This document shows positions 37,058 through 46,250 of a DNA stretch of 64,000 nt, in pieces. The translations under genes were made by a program, and so were the position numbers. The notes under the pieces were generated by a model. The model worked only from the letters and a program-made list of their open reading frames with translations. It was not told the DNA's origin and made no database searches. Every line of letters begins with the position of its first letter. The first letter of the stretch is position 1. Source of the stretch: Candidatus Pacearchaeota archaeon (GTDB taxonomy: Archaea; Nanobdellota; Nanobdellia; Pacearchaeales; GW2011-AR1); the NCBI GenBank assembly GCA_002731115.1, contig PBZO01000015.1, forward strand, positions 1,529 to 65,528, written 5' to 3'.

Positions 37058-38287
37058 ATGGAAATATTACCTTATGTGTATTTAACATATATGTTTATAT
37101 CACTTTATATGCTTAGTCTTTTTCTTTTAATTTATATTCAAAATAGAAAAAGTCTATTTGTTTACCCTAAATCCAAAAAAGAGTATTCTATTAGTTTTAT
37201 TGTTCCTGCATATAATGAAGAAAAAACGATTAGGGATACTATTAAACATATCTTTGGTATAAATTATAAAGATATACTGGAAGTTATTATTGTAAATGAT
37301 AGAAGTTCTGATAATACTCTAGAAATAGCAAAACAATTAGCTAAAAAATACTCTAAAATAAAAATTCTTGATAATAAAGAAAATTTAGGTAAAGCTGGAA
37401 GCTTAAATAAAGCACTAAATATTGCAAAAGGAGAATTAATTGCTGTTGTTGATGCTGATTCCTATCCTGAAAAAGAATCCCTTAACAAGATGATTGGATT
37501 TTTTGATAATCTAAATGTTGGAGCAGTAACATGCCCTATTATTGTTAGAAATAAAAATAAATTTTTTGAGAAACTACAATATATTGAATATAAAGTTATT
37601 GCACTTTCAAGAAAACTTTTAGATTATGTTGATGCAATTTATGTAACTCCTGGACCTTTAGCATTATATAGGAGAAAAGCACTTACTGGAATTAAGGGAT
37701 TTGATGCAAAAAATTTAACAGAAGATATTGAAGCTACTTGGCATCTAATTCATGATGGATGGGAAAGACGAATGTGTTTATCTACAAAAGTAACAACAAC
37801 AGTTCCAACTAAGTTTAGATCATGGTTTGTTCAGAGAAGAAGATGGAATATTGGGGGATTACAGTGTATCTCTAAATATAGATACTCCTTAGGAAAAAAG
37901 GGAATGTTGGGGTGGTTTATTATGCCTTTTTTTATATTAAATACCTTTCTAGGATTAGTTGGATTAAGTATCTTCTTTTATCTTTTAATATCAAGAATTA
38001 TTTCTAATTTTTTATTAACTAAATATTCTATTCTTGTTGGAACGCCTATTTTAAGTTTAAATGATCTCTATATTACCCCAAGTATCCTAAATTATCTCGG
38101 AGTAATTTTATTTATTCTAGGATTAATATTTACATTATTAATTTTATTTATATTAAATGAGAAAATATTAAAAAAAGAGAATATTTTAAATATCCCTTTT
38201 TATATGACTATTTACTTAATATCCTATCCGTTTATAATGATTAATGCAATATGGTATTTTATAAATGGGAAGATGGTATGGAGATAA
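37058..38287 (+). CDS. Membrane-integrated processive family-2 glycosyltransferase (PgaC/IcaA/NodC-like)
   Basis: FIVPAYNEE, a DAD motif (VVDADS), TED (LTEDIEATW) and QxxRW (QRRRW), flanked by N- and C-terminal TM helices. Confidence 0.8.
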   Translation: MEILPYVYLTYMFISLYMLSLFLLIYIQNRKSLFVYPKSKKEYSISFIVPAYNEEKTIRDTIKHIFGINYKDILEVIIVNDRSSDNTLEIAKQLAKKYSKIKILDNKENLGKAGSLNKALNIAKGELIAVVDADSYPEKESLNKMIGFFDNLNVGAVTCPIIVRNKNKFFEKLQYIEYKVIALSRKLLDYVDAIYVTPGPLALYRRKALTGIKGFDAKNLTEDIEATWHLIHDGWERRMCLSTKVTTTVPTKFRSWFVQRRRWNIGGLQCISKYRYSLGKKGMLGWFIMPFFILNTFLGLVGLSIFFYLLISRIISNFLLTKYSILVGTPILSLNDLYITPSILNYLGVILFILGLIFTLLILFILNEKILKKENILNIPFYMTIYLISYPFIMINAIWYFINGKMVWR

Positions 38288-38288
38288 A

Positions 38289-38942
38289 ATGTTAAAATCA
38301 CAAAAGCATGTTTTCTGGGAGGCATTGTTTGTTACTATTCTAATATTTGGAATAGGCATATTTCTAGGAGTTGTTTTAGAAAATTGGAGGTCTGAAAAAA
38401 TCTCTGAGATGTATTTAATATCAGACCTTAATCTTTTAGATGTAAAGGTTCAAACACAGATACTTGATTTAGAGGATCTAAATTGCAAGGAGGCAATAAT
38501 AAAAAATATAGAATTCGGAGATAAAATATATGAAGATGCAAGAACACTTAGTAGATATGAGGGTGCAAATAGACTGACAAATTATATTATACAAGAACAT
38601 AAAAAATATGATTTATTAAGAACTTTATTTTGGATTAATAGTATTAAAATTAAAGAGAAATGCGGAAAAGATTTTCATACAATTGTTTATTTGTATGATT
38701 ATATGTCTGAAGATGTTGGGCAAAGAAATAAACAAAATGTCTTTTCCAAATATCTGGAAGAATTGAAAGATGATTATGGGAATAAAATCATCTTAATTCC
38801 AATTGCAAGAAATATGGACCTAATTTCTGTAGAGCTTTTAACTAAGAATTATGGTGTAAAGGGAGCTTCTGTAATTGTTGATGAATCATTAATTGTAACA
38901 GAATTAGAAGATTTAAGTGAAATTGAGGAGTATTTGAATTAA
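38289..38942 (+). CDS. Hypothetical single-pass membrane protein downstream of the GT2 synthase
   Basis: The ATG at 38289 lies 1 nt after the GT2 stop (the ORF-track ATG at 38265 would overlap). One N-terminal TM plus a roughly 190-aa soluble domain. Confidence 0.5.
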   Translation: MLKSQKHVFWEALFVTILIFGIGIFLGVVLENWRSEKISEMYLISDLNLLDVKVQTQILDLEDLNCKEAIIKNIEFGDKIYEDARTLSRYEGANRLTNYIIQEHKKYDLLRTLFWINSIKIKEKCGKDFHTIVYLYDYMSEDVGQRNKQNVFSKYLEELKDDYGNKIILIPIARNMDLISVELLTKNYGVKGASVIVDESLIVTELEDLSEIEEYLN

Positions 38943-38991
38943 TATTTTTTAGAATACAAATATTAAAAAAGAGATTTGGTTGATTTACCTT

Positions 38992-39702
38992 ATGGATGAA
39001 TGTTATAAATGTCATACATTAGGTGAGAGAACCTTATTATTTGAGGCAGTTTTTGAAGATGGGATTATTAAGATTTGTAGGAAGTGTTCATCTAAAGAGA
39101 ATATTCCAATTATTAAAAAACCAAATACTCTAAAACTTAGCGAATCTGAGAAGAACCAAACAGTTTATGATAGAATTTCTAAGATTTCCGGAGTTAATAA
39201 AGAACAAGATATTTTTAAACAAAAAAAAGAATTATTAAAGAAACAGGAGACTAATTTGAAGGGGATTATTGATAGAAATTTTGGAATTAATTTTAAACAA
39301 GAAGAAGAAGAATTAAAGGATGATTTAATTAATAATTTCCATTGGGTTATTATGAGGGCTAGAAGATCAAGAAAATTGACACAAGAACAATTAGCAAAAG
39401 AGATTGAAGAGCCTGTTATAGCTATTCAAATGGCAGAAAAAGGAATTCTCCCTGAAGATAATTTTAGATTTGTTAATAAGCTTGAAAGTTTTCTAAAAAT
39501 CAGACTTTTAAAAGAAGAAGTTGCCGAAAGAATTAAAAAAGAACCAAAGAAACTTGATTTAAATAAAGACTCAACAAGAGAATTAACTATCTCAGATTTA
39601 CAGGAAATGAAAGAAGAAAGAGAATCAAGAATATTAGGAAATGCTAAAGATGGAGGTATATTTGATGGGGAGATTGACGATTTAATTCTTGAAAAGAAGT
39701 AA
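38992..39702 (+). CDS. Zinc-ribbon plus XRE-type HTH protein (archaeal MBF1-like)
   Basis: N-terminal CYKC...CRKC and a central HTH (ARRSRKLTQEQLAKEIEEPVIAIQMAEKG). I prefer the ATG at 38992 to the TTG at 38980. Confidence 0.5.
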   Translation: MDECYKCHTLGERTLLFEAVFEDGIIKICRKCSSKENIPIIKKPNTLKLSESEKNQTVYDRISKISGVNKEQDIFKQKKELLKKQETNLKGIIDRNFGINFKQEEEELKDDLINNFHWVIMRARRSRKLTQEQLAKEIEEPVIAIQMAEKGILPEDNFRFVNKLESFLKIRLLKEEVAERIKKEPKKLDLNKDSTRELTISDLQEMKEERESRILGNAKDGGIFDGEIDDLILEKK

Positions 39703-39739
39703 ACAAAATATTTATAAACAAAGTTTAAGGTTTTCTTAT

Positions 39740-40003
39740 ATGGAGATTAATATTCTTAAAAGTTCAAAAGATGAAGTAGAAGTTGAATTTGGGAGTTTGA
39801 CAATTGCAGAATTATTAAGAATTTATTTAGATAAAGATTCTTCTGTTAGTTTTGTAGCTTGGAAAAGAGAGCATCCTACAAAGAATCCTGTTCTTTTAGT
39901 TAAAACCTCTGGAAAAACAGCAAAAAAAGCAATAAATGATGCAGTTCTCGCAGTTACTAGGGATTTAGATAAGTTAGAAGTTGATTTTAAGAAATTAAAT
40001 TAA
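39740..40003 (+). CDS. rpoL: DNA-directed RNA polymerase subunit L (Rpo11)
   Basis: 87 aa from the ATG at 39740. ...VEVEFGSLTIAELLRIYL...VSFVAWKREHPTKNPVLLVKT fits the Rpo11 fold pattern. Confidence 0.6.
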   Translation: MEINILKSSKDEVEVEFGSLTIAELLRIYLDKDSSVSFVAWKREHPTKNPVLLVKTSGKTAKKAINDAVLAVTRDLDKLEVDFKKLN

Positions 40004-40050
40004 TTCTATAGTATAATAATTTTTATTAATACTCTTTTTTCTTTTTATTT

Positions 40051-40773
40051 ATGACAAATAAGATCTCAACAGGAAGTTATGATCTGAATAAATGGCTTTA
40101 TGGAGGTTATGAAAAAGATGTAATTACAATGATTGCAGGTCCCCCTGGATGTGGTAAAACAAATATGTGCATTCTAACTGCTTGTAGTCAGGCAAAAAAA
40201 GAGAATAAAGTTATTTATATTGATACAGAAGGGGGATTTTCTGTAGAGAGAGTTAAACAAATTGTTGGAGAAAATTATGAGAATGTATTAAAGAATATAT
40301 TTTTATTAGAGCCAACTAATTTTGAAGAACAAAAAAAATGTTTTGTAAAATTATTAAATGAAATAAAAAAAGGCCATGTTAGTTTAATTATTATTGATGG
40401 GATTGCCATGCTTTATCGGCTTGAATTAGGCGATGCAGTAAAATTAAAAGGAAATGTTAAGGAATTTAACAGAGATGTTTCAGGACAAATGAGAGTTCTT
40501 TCTGAAATTTCTAGAAAACAAAGAATTCCGATTATTATTACTAATCAAGTTTATAGCGGTTTTTTATCTGAAGAAGATTGGAAAAAAGGTGTGGAAAAAG
40601 AATTTAATATTGTTGGAGGAGATTTATTCAAGTATTGGAGCAAATGTATAATTGAATTAAGAAAGGAGAATAGAAAAAAGAAAGCTATTTTATTAAAACA
40701 TAGAAGTTTGCCAAATAAAGAGATTAATTTTGATATTAGGGCGAAAGGGATTTTTAAGAGAGGTTGGATATGA
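40051..40773 (+). CDS. radB: RadB-like RecA-family ATPase
   Basis: ISTGSYDLNKWLYGG, Walker A GPPGCGKT and VIYIDTEGGFSVERVKQI. At 240 aa with no N-terminal HhH domain, it fits RadB rather than RadA. Confidence 0.7.
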   Translation: MTNKISTGSYDLNKWLYGGYEKDVITMIAGPPGCGKTNMCILTACSQAKKENKVIYIDTEGGFSVERVKQIVGENYENVLKNIFLLEPTNFEEQKKCFVKLLNEIKKGHVSLIIIDGIAMLYRLELGDAVKLKGNVKEFNRDVSGQMRVLSEISRKQRIPIIITNQVYSGFLSEEDWKKGVEKEFNIVGGDLFKYWSKCIIELRKENRKKKAILLKHRSLPNKEINFDIRAKGIFKRGWI

Positions 40774-40843
40774 AAATCTCTGAGAAATTTTATAGAGAAT
40801 AATTAGAATTTATTCTTCAATTAATCCTTTTCGGTAATTTAAT

Positions 40844-43219
40844 TTATTTATTTTCCTCTATTTTCCTCTTATATTCTTCAATTCTTTTTTTGTTAGTTTC
40901 ACATTCACGATTAAAACAGAAGAACCAAGGTTTTCTTCCATATTTTAATAACATTAACTTTGGAAAATTACAAGATTCACAAACTTTATTTGTCTTTCTA
41001 ATTACTCCATTTGGAGGTAAAGAGTAAGTTGTTTTACAATTAGGATAGGCATTACAAGCAATAAAATGACGTCTTGTTTTTTTAGAATAAGTAATTGCTA
41101 AATTTCCTTTTTTACAAACAGGACAAATATTTAGTTTATTTTCTTCTCTTTGTTGTTCTTGTAATTGCAAATTTGCAACTAAAAGTTCTTGCCCTATTTT
41201 TTTCTCGTTTTTCCCAAATTGTTCTGCTATTTTAGTTATTGTTTTTTTTGCTTTATCAATTACTATATCTTCTTTTTGTTTGAAATTCTCTTTTGATTCC
41301 TGGATTTTTTCCATTTCTTTTTCAAAATCTCTTGTTAATTCTTCATCAATTATTATTGGCGAGTATTTTTCTAGAGATGAGATTAATGACATTCCTAATG
41401 ATGTTGCTTCTATTGATTTTTCCTTGATATAATTCCTATCATAAAGGGTTTCAAGAATAGTTGAACGTGTTGCTTTTGTTCCCAGATTTCTCTTTTCAAG
41501 TTCAGTAATTATTGATGCAGGAGAATATCTTTTTGGAGGTTGAGTCTCTTTTTCTTCTGTTCTTAAATCTATTATATTTACATCCCCATTTAAATCAGGA
41601 ATTTCATTTTCTTTTAGTTTAACAGGATAAATTTCTAACCATGCCTTTTTTCTAATTTCTGATCCTCTTGCATTAAATATTAAGTTATCAGCAGTTACAC
41701 TAACCTTTTTATTGTCAATTATTGCATTATCACAAAATAATGATAGAAATCTTCTAGCAATTAAATTATAAACTTTTTCTTCATTTCCTGATAAAATCTG
41801 TTTTTCTCCTGTTGGATGAATCGAAGGGTGTGCAGGATCAGTTTTTATTCCTTCAATTGGTCTTTCTTTTGTTATTAATTTTCCCACATTATATTCTTTT
41901 GCTAGTTTTCTCAAGATAGTTTTGTAATCAATTGAATTAGGGAGTTTTTGACTTGAAGTTCTAGGATAAGATATTAATCCCCCTAGATAAAGTGATTGTG
42001 CTGCCTGGAGTGTTTTTGAAGGAGTTATGCCGTGAAATTTATAACATTCTGTTTGCAAGGCGGTTAGATTAAATGGAGGATTTGGAGGCAATATTTGTTC
42101 TGTTTTTTTTGTTTCTGCTTTTACTGTTTTCCCAATAAGATCTTCAAATTTTTTTAGTTCTGATTTATCAAAAATGTCTTTATTATGTTTTAATTCTAGA
42201 GTATGTGAATTTTCTACTTTAATAAAAATTTGAAAATAAGGTTTTGATTGAAATGTTTGAATTTCCTTTTCCTTTTCTACAATTAGATTTAATGTTGGTC
42301 CTTGCACTCTTCCTATTGACATTATTCTAAATTTACCCGTTGTTTTTATTGCATTCATCAATGCGCGAGATAAATTTATTCCATAGAACCAATCTAAATA
42401 ATGTCTTGTTTCTCCTGCAATTGCATGCCCCCAATTTATATTAGGTAATTTATTTTCATATGCTTCATTTAATTCTTTAGAGGTTAATGTAGAAAATTTC
42501 ATTCTGTTTGCATCTTCCTGATTACAAATAAACCTTACAACATTTAATCCAATTAATTCTCCTTCAATATCGTAATCTGTTGCAACTGTCAAACTTTTAG
42601 CATTTTTTACAAGTTTTAGTAATGTATCATAATATTTCTTAGTAAAATCTTTTTTTCTTACAATAAAATTTGGAGCCCAACTTATATCAAAAATAGGAAC
42701 ACTTGAGCCGGTTATATTCTGATTTAATGTAAATAAATGTCCAACTGCACAAGCAACAATTATCTCTTTTCCATCTCTATTAACTTCATAATAAGGGACT
42801 CCTCTGTTATTTCTTTTTGTTGAATCTCCCAGGCTAGATGCAATTTTCAAGGCTGCTTGTGGTTTTTCTGTTAATATTAATTCATATCCTTCTTTTTTTA
42901 GTTTTATTTGAGGATGAGAATATTTTATAGGGGTTTTTGCTGTTTTTTTAACTCTTTTTTTTCTAGATTTCTTTTTTGAAATCTTTTCTACTTTCTCTAG
43001 AGATTTTCTGTCTAGCTTTTTATATTTAACTTCTACTGATCCTTTTCTAATTTCTTCTATTGGTTGAATCTCTTTTGTAGGAATTTCCACAGATTTTTTT
43101 ATTGATTCCTGTTTTTGAGGTTCTTTTTTTTCAATAGTGTGTTCTAAATCACTTTTATCAACCGGAAAATAATCTTCAGCCGTTTTTTCTTCCTTAGATT
43201 TTCTTTGTTTTTTTGGCAT
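40844..43219 (-). CDS. topA: Type IA DNA topoisomerase
   Basis: Toprim (LILTEKPQAALKIA), the active-site Tyr context ISYPRTSSQKL and two C-terminal zinc ribbons (CPVCKKG...CNAYPNC, CESC...CFNRECE). Has a K/E-rich N-terminal extension of about 108 aa. Confidence 0.85.
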   Translation of the reverse strand: MPKKQRKSKEEKTAEDYFPVDKSDLEHTIEKKEPQKQESIKKSVEIPTKEIQPIEEIRKGSVEVKYKKLDRKSLEKVEKISKKKSRKKRVKKTAKTPIKYSHPQIKLKKEGYELILTEKPQAALKIASSLGDSTKRNNRGVPYYEVNRDGKEIIVACAVGHLFTLNQNITGSSVPIFDISWAPNFIVRKKDFTKKYYDTLLKLVKNAKSLTVATDYDIEGELIGLNVVRFICNQEDANRMKFSTLTSKELNEAYENKLPNINWGHAIAGETRHYLDWFYGINLSRALMNAIKTTGKFRIMSIGRVQGPTLNLIVEKEKEIQTFQSKPYFQIFIKVENSHTLELKHNKDIFDKSELKKFEDLIGKTVKAETKKTEQILPPNPPFNLTALQTECYKFHGITPSKTLQAAQSLYLGGLISYPRTSSQKLPNSIDYKTILRKLAKEYNVGKLITKERPIEGIKTDPAHPSIHPTGEKQILSGNEEKVYNLIARRFLSLFCDNAIIDNKKVSVTADNLIFNARGSEIRKKAWLEIYPVKLKENEIPDLNGDVNIIDLRTEEKETQPPKRYSPASIITELEKRNLGTKATRSTILETLYDRNYIKEKSIEATSLGMSLISSLEKYSPIIIDEELTRDFEKEMEKIQESKENFKQKEDIVIDKAKKTITKIAEQFGKNEKKIGQELLVANLQLQEQQREENKLNICPVCKKGNLAITYSKKTRRHFIACNAYPNCKTTYSLPPNGVIRKTNKVCESCNFPKLMLLKYGRKPWFFCFNRECETNKKRIEEYKRKIEENK

Positions 43220-43252
43220 AACTAATTAAATAGAAGGGGAGTTTTTAAAATA

Positions 43253-43867
43253 TTATATATTAAAAATTTTCTCTTTTTTCGCAACATTAATTATCTTTGT
43301 TTTCCCTATCTTTTCTTCAATTCCTTTCGCTTCATGTATATGTGAATGAATTACAACATCCGGTTTAAATTTTACTATTGCTTTTCTTATACTCTTACTT
43401 CCTTCAAATCCGGAGAATTCTGATTTTGTTCCTTTTACATGCATATGAGTTACCATTATTTTTTTCTTGATATCTCTTATTGGGAAGTGACCTTTTTCTA
43501 GAGATTTAAAAATTTCTTTTTCTGAAGTATTAAATCTAAGTGCACCTCCTGCTCCAAAAATACCTAAATTATCTTTTTTAAAGGAGTATCCATGAATATT
43601 TTTTGTATTTGGATACATTTCTGCTAAAAAATCTGCTGTTGCCAGTGATTCATGGTTTCCATGTAATAATAAGACAGGTTTTTTTACTTTTATAAAAGGA
43701 CCTATTAGATTTTTTGGTAATTCATCAATCATAAAGGTTAAATCTCCTGCAAGGATTACTAAATCTACATCCTCTTTTTTTGCTTTTTTTGCTAATCTTT
43801 TAACTAGTCCTGTATCTCCATGAATATCCCCGACTGCTAATATTTTTGTTTTTTTCATGAAATTCAA
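43253..43867 (-). CDS. Calcineurin-like metallophosphoesterase
   Basis: The motifs GDIHGD, GDL, GNHE and HSHIHE. Confidence 0.75.
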   Translation of the reverse strand: MNFMKKTKILAVGDIHGDTGLVKRLAKKAKKEDVDLVILAGDLTFMIDELPKNLIGPFIKVKKPVLLLHGNHESLATADFLAEMYPNTKNIHGYSFKKDNLGIFGAGGALRFNTSEKEIFKSLEKGHFPIRDIKKKIMVTHMHVKGTKSEFSGFEGSKSIRKAIVKFKPDVVIHSHIHEAKGIEEKIGKTKIINVAKKEKIFNI

Positions 43868-43966
43868 TAGATATATTGGTTAATAAATATTCTGAAATAT
43901 ACTTTACGAAACATTTAAAAGGAAGATGTTTTCTGGATATATACATTAAACTATACATATCACAAA

Positions 43967-44248
43967 ATGGAAAAATATCAAATGAAGGAAAATTTCGATA
44001 TTTTTTTTAGGAGAAAGCCAGCCTTAATGCTAGTATCTCTTAAGAGAAATACGCGGATGAGGTATGGTAGTATCTTGGCTAAAGAAGTTGATTGTACTTA
44101 TAGCCATGCAGTAAAAATTCTGCAGACATTAGAAGATTTAAGGTTAGTTGTGTTTGAAAAAAAGGGGCGAATAAAAATTATAAAACTGACCAAGAAAGGG
44201 AAAGAAGTTGCAGATGCTATTGATGAGATACAAGATTTAGTTAAATAA
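43967..44248 (+). CDS. Small winged-helix DNA-binding protein
   Basis: 93 aa. ...YGSILAKEVDCTYSHAVKILQTLEDLRLVVFEKKGRIKIIKLTKKG is a typical HTH plus wing. Confidence 0.5.
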   Translation: MEKYQMKENFDIFFRRKPALMLVSLKRNTRMRYGSILAKEVDCTYSHAVKILQTLEDLRLVVFEKKGRIKIIKLTKKGKEVADAIDEIQDLVK

Positions 44249-44338
44249 CTGGATTAATACCGCCCCTAAGAAGAATTGAATGTTTTAATAGTTACTTATA
44301 GAAGTATTTATTAAGTTGAGATAATCCTAAGATAAAGG

Positions 44339-44659
44339 ATGTCATTAGAAGTAGGAATAAAAGAATATTATGAATTAAGAGGTATGGAAGAAGAAATTCG
44401 TAAGAAAGTCGGTCCAAATAAATTATGGGGTTTACAACATTATTCTTTTGAAGTAGCAGTTTATGCAACAAGAGAAGTATTAGATCTCCCCTTAAAAGGA
44501 AAAGAGTTTTTAGAACTAGCAAAAATTTTTAGAGGAAGAGTCATAGAAGATTTTTATAGAACTATCTATTCTTATAATAAATCAGATAATTCTCTTAGGG
44601 ATATTCAAATACGTTTTTTGAATAAGGGAGAGATAAGAGATTTGATTAGGAGAATATAA
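44339..44659 (+). CDS. Hypothetical protein
   Basis: 106-aa ORF 90 nt downstream of the wH gene. No family recognised. Confidence 0.45.
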   Translation: MSLEVGIKEYYELRGMEEEIRKKVGPNKLWGLQHYSFEVAVYATREVLDLPLKGKEFLELAKIFRGRVIEDFYRTIYSYNKSDNSLRDIQIRFLNKGEIRDLIRRI

Positions 44660-44666
44660 TTCCTTA

Positions 44667-44741
44667 TGGCCCCGAAGGGATTTGAACCCTCGACACCTAG
44701 ATTAAGAGTCTAGTGCTCTGACCAGGCTGAGCTACGGAGCC
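44667..44741 (-). tRNA. tRNA-Lys (anticodon CTT)
   Basis: The reverse complement is GGCTCCG-TA-GCTC..GAGC-A-CTAGA-CTCTTAA-TCTAG-GTGTC-GAGGG-TTCAAAT-CCCTT-CGGGGCC-A. Confidence 0.85.
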
Positions 44742-44773
44742 ATGACTTTTATTAGAAATATTTGTTTATATTT

Positions 44774-45082
44774 TTATCTATAATCTCTTCTTGTGTGACT
44801 GCAATTTGTACATTTAAAGAATTTTGTTTCAGCTTCATCACTTGCACGAGTTTGAACAGTCCAAAAATAAGCTTTATCATTTTTACATTTCTTACATTTT
44901 TCATTGACAACTGGGAAAACTTCCGTATCTTTATCTTTTACTATAGAAATCTTTTTTTTCTCATCCATCTTTTCACTTGTTTTTATTTTTACTTTGCCTT
45001 TTGAAGAATAATTACACCTTGGACATCCATCATTTTTTATTTTCTTAATAAGAACAGCACCACATTTCGGACAAAATTCCAT
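44774..45082 (-). CDS. tfs: Transcription factor S (TFS/RpoM-like)
   Basis: N-terminal ribbon CPKCG...CPRC and a C-terminal TFIIS ribbon CKKCKNDKAYFWTVQTRASDEAETKFFKCTNC. Confidence 0.85.
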   Translation of the reverse strand: MEFCPKCGAVLIKKIKNDGCPRCNYSSKGKVKIKTSEKMDEKKKISIVKDKDTEVFPVVNEKCKKCKNDKAYFWTVQTRASDEAETKFFKCTNCSHTRRDYR

Positions 45083-45121
45083 TCTATATTCTAATTAATT
45101 CCTTTTAAAAACTTTTTGATA

Positions 45122-45724
45122 TTAATTACAAAATCCCTTATTTGATTCTCTTTGATTATATTCAAAAAAGATTAATTTTGCCCATCCAAGATAAGGAGCA
45201 ATTTTAAATATTGCTTTTCCTACTATTTGTTCTGATTTTATATTTACTTCAGAACTCATTTGTCCGTTATTATTATCTCCTATTGTTGAGAAGAAATATT
45301 TGTCATCTGCTTCTTCAATTTTTATTATTCTGTGAATTATTGGATTCTTGTGATCTGTATTAAATATTATTACATCTCCCAAGTTTAGTTTTTCTGGTTT
45401 TTTCCCTATTATAAATAAAATATCTCCTTTGTTCAGTCCTTTTTTAAATGTAAAATCCTGCTTTTCTATTTCATATTCTGAATATTTTGGTTCACTATCT
45501 TCCCACCATTCATTATAATCTGATAATAAATTTCCATTATGGTACATACTACAGGATTCAACAATTGCTAAAGGTAAGGGTGTTCCTGTAACTAAACTCA
45601 TTATTGGAAAAAATATAAATTTTATAAAAATAAATAAAAAAATAATTGAGAATATCCAACCCCTTAGACTATTATCTTTCCATAATAAAAACCCTAATTT
45701 TTTTAATACCTCTTTTAATTTCAT
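45122..45724 (-). CDS. Signal peptidase I (archaeal Sec11/S26B type)
   Basis: N-terminal TM, Ser box VESCSMYH, then GDIIIF, HRII and GDNN. Confidence 0.65.
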   Translation of the reverse strand: MKLKEVLKKLGFLLWKDNSLRGWIFSIIFLFIFIKFIFFPIMSLVTGTPLPLAIVESCSMYHNGNLLSDYNEWWEDSEPKYSEYEIEKQDFTFKKGLNKGDILFIIGKKPEKLNLGDVIIFNTDHKNPIIHRIIKIEEADDKYFFSTIGDNNNGQMSSEVNIKSEQIVGKAIFKIAPYLGWAKLIFFEYNQRESNKGFCN

Positions 45725-45852
45725 ATGAAGAATAATTGTTTAGTATTTTTAAAGTGTTTTATAAATCTTTTTTACCAAAACATTTAAATAGTATCTATTT
45801 TATGTATACACTGAAGGTGTACATTTATTGTATAACCTCCTTTTACCCTAAG

Positions 45853-45869
45853 CCGTGTCAAAGACACGG
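45853..45869 (+). promoter_or_regulatory. Perfect 7-bp hairpin upstream of the Zn-ribbon/AbrB gene
   Basis: CCGTGTC-AAA-GACACGG followed by TTTTAT, ending 15 nt before the ATG at 45885. The GTG start in the ORF track lies inside this hairpin. Confidence 0.3.
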
Positions 45870-45884
45870 TTTTATATTCGGAAA

Positions 45885-46247
45885 ATGAAAGATATATTTG
45901 ACAACACAATACTTTGTAATAAGTGCGAATCAAGAATGAATAAGACAGAATTAATTAAAAATAGATTTCTATTCAGAGTAATGATTTGTCCAAAATGCGA
46001 TGAAAAATTAATACACCCTGTTGATGAGCAAGAGTACAATAAATTTATAAATCTAAAAAATAAGGAATTTAAAGTAAAAATGAGACTTGTTGGAAATAGT
46101 TATGCAGTTTCAATCCCAAAAGAAATTGTATCTTTTATGAATGAACAGAAAAGAATGATGGATGATATGGTAAAATTATGCTTTGAGGAAATGGGAAGAT
46201 TATCTATAAATTTCAATGAAATTAAAAAAAAGAATAGATTTCAATAA
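45885..46247 (+). CDS. Zinc-ribbon plus SpoVT/AbrB-like domain protein
   Basis: CNKC...CPKC ribbon, then an AbrB-like swapped-hairpin motif RLVGNSYAVSIPKEIVSFM. The stop lies 3 nt before the cdc48 ATG. Confidence 0.5.
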   Translation: MKDIFDNTILCNKCESRMNKTELIKNRFLFRVMICPKCDEKLIHPVDEQEYNKFINLKNKEFKVKMRLVGNSYAVSIPKEIVSFMNEQKRMMDDMVKLCFEEMGRLSINFNEIKKKNRFQ

Positions 46248-46250
46248 AAA

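Noticed and set aside
44292-45004. ORFs 44292-44522 (minus strand) and 44762-45004 (plus strand).
   Set aside because: Both are antisense shadows, of orf106 and of tfs respectively. They are hydrophobic and low-complexity, with no start context.
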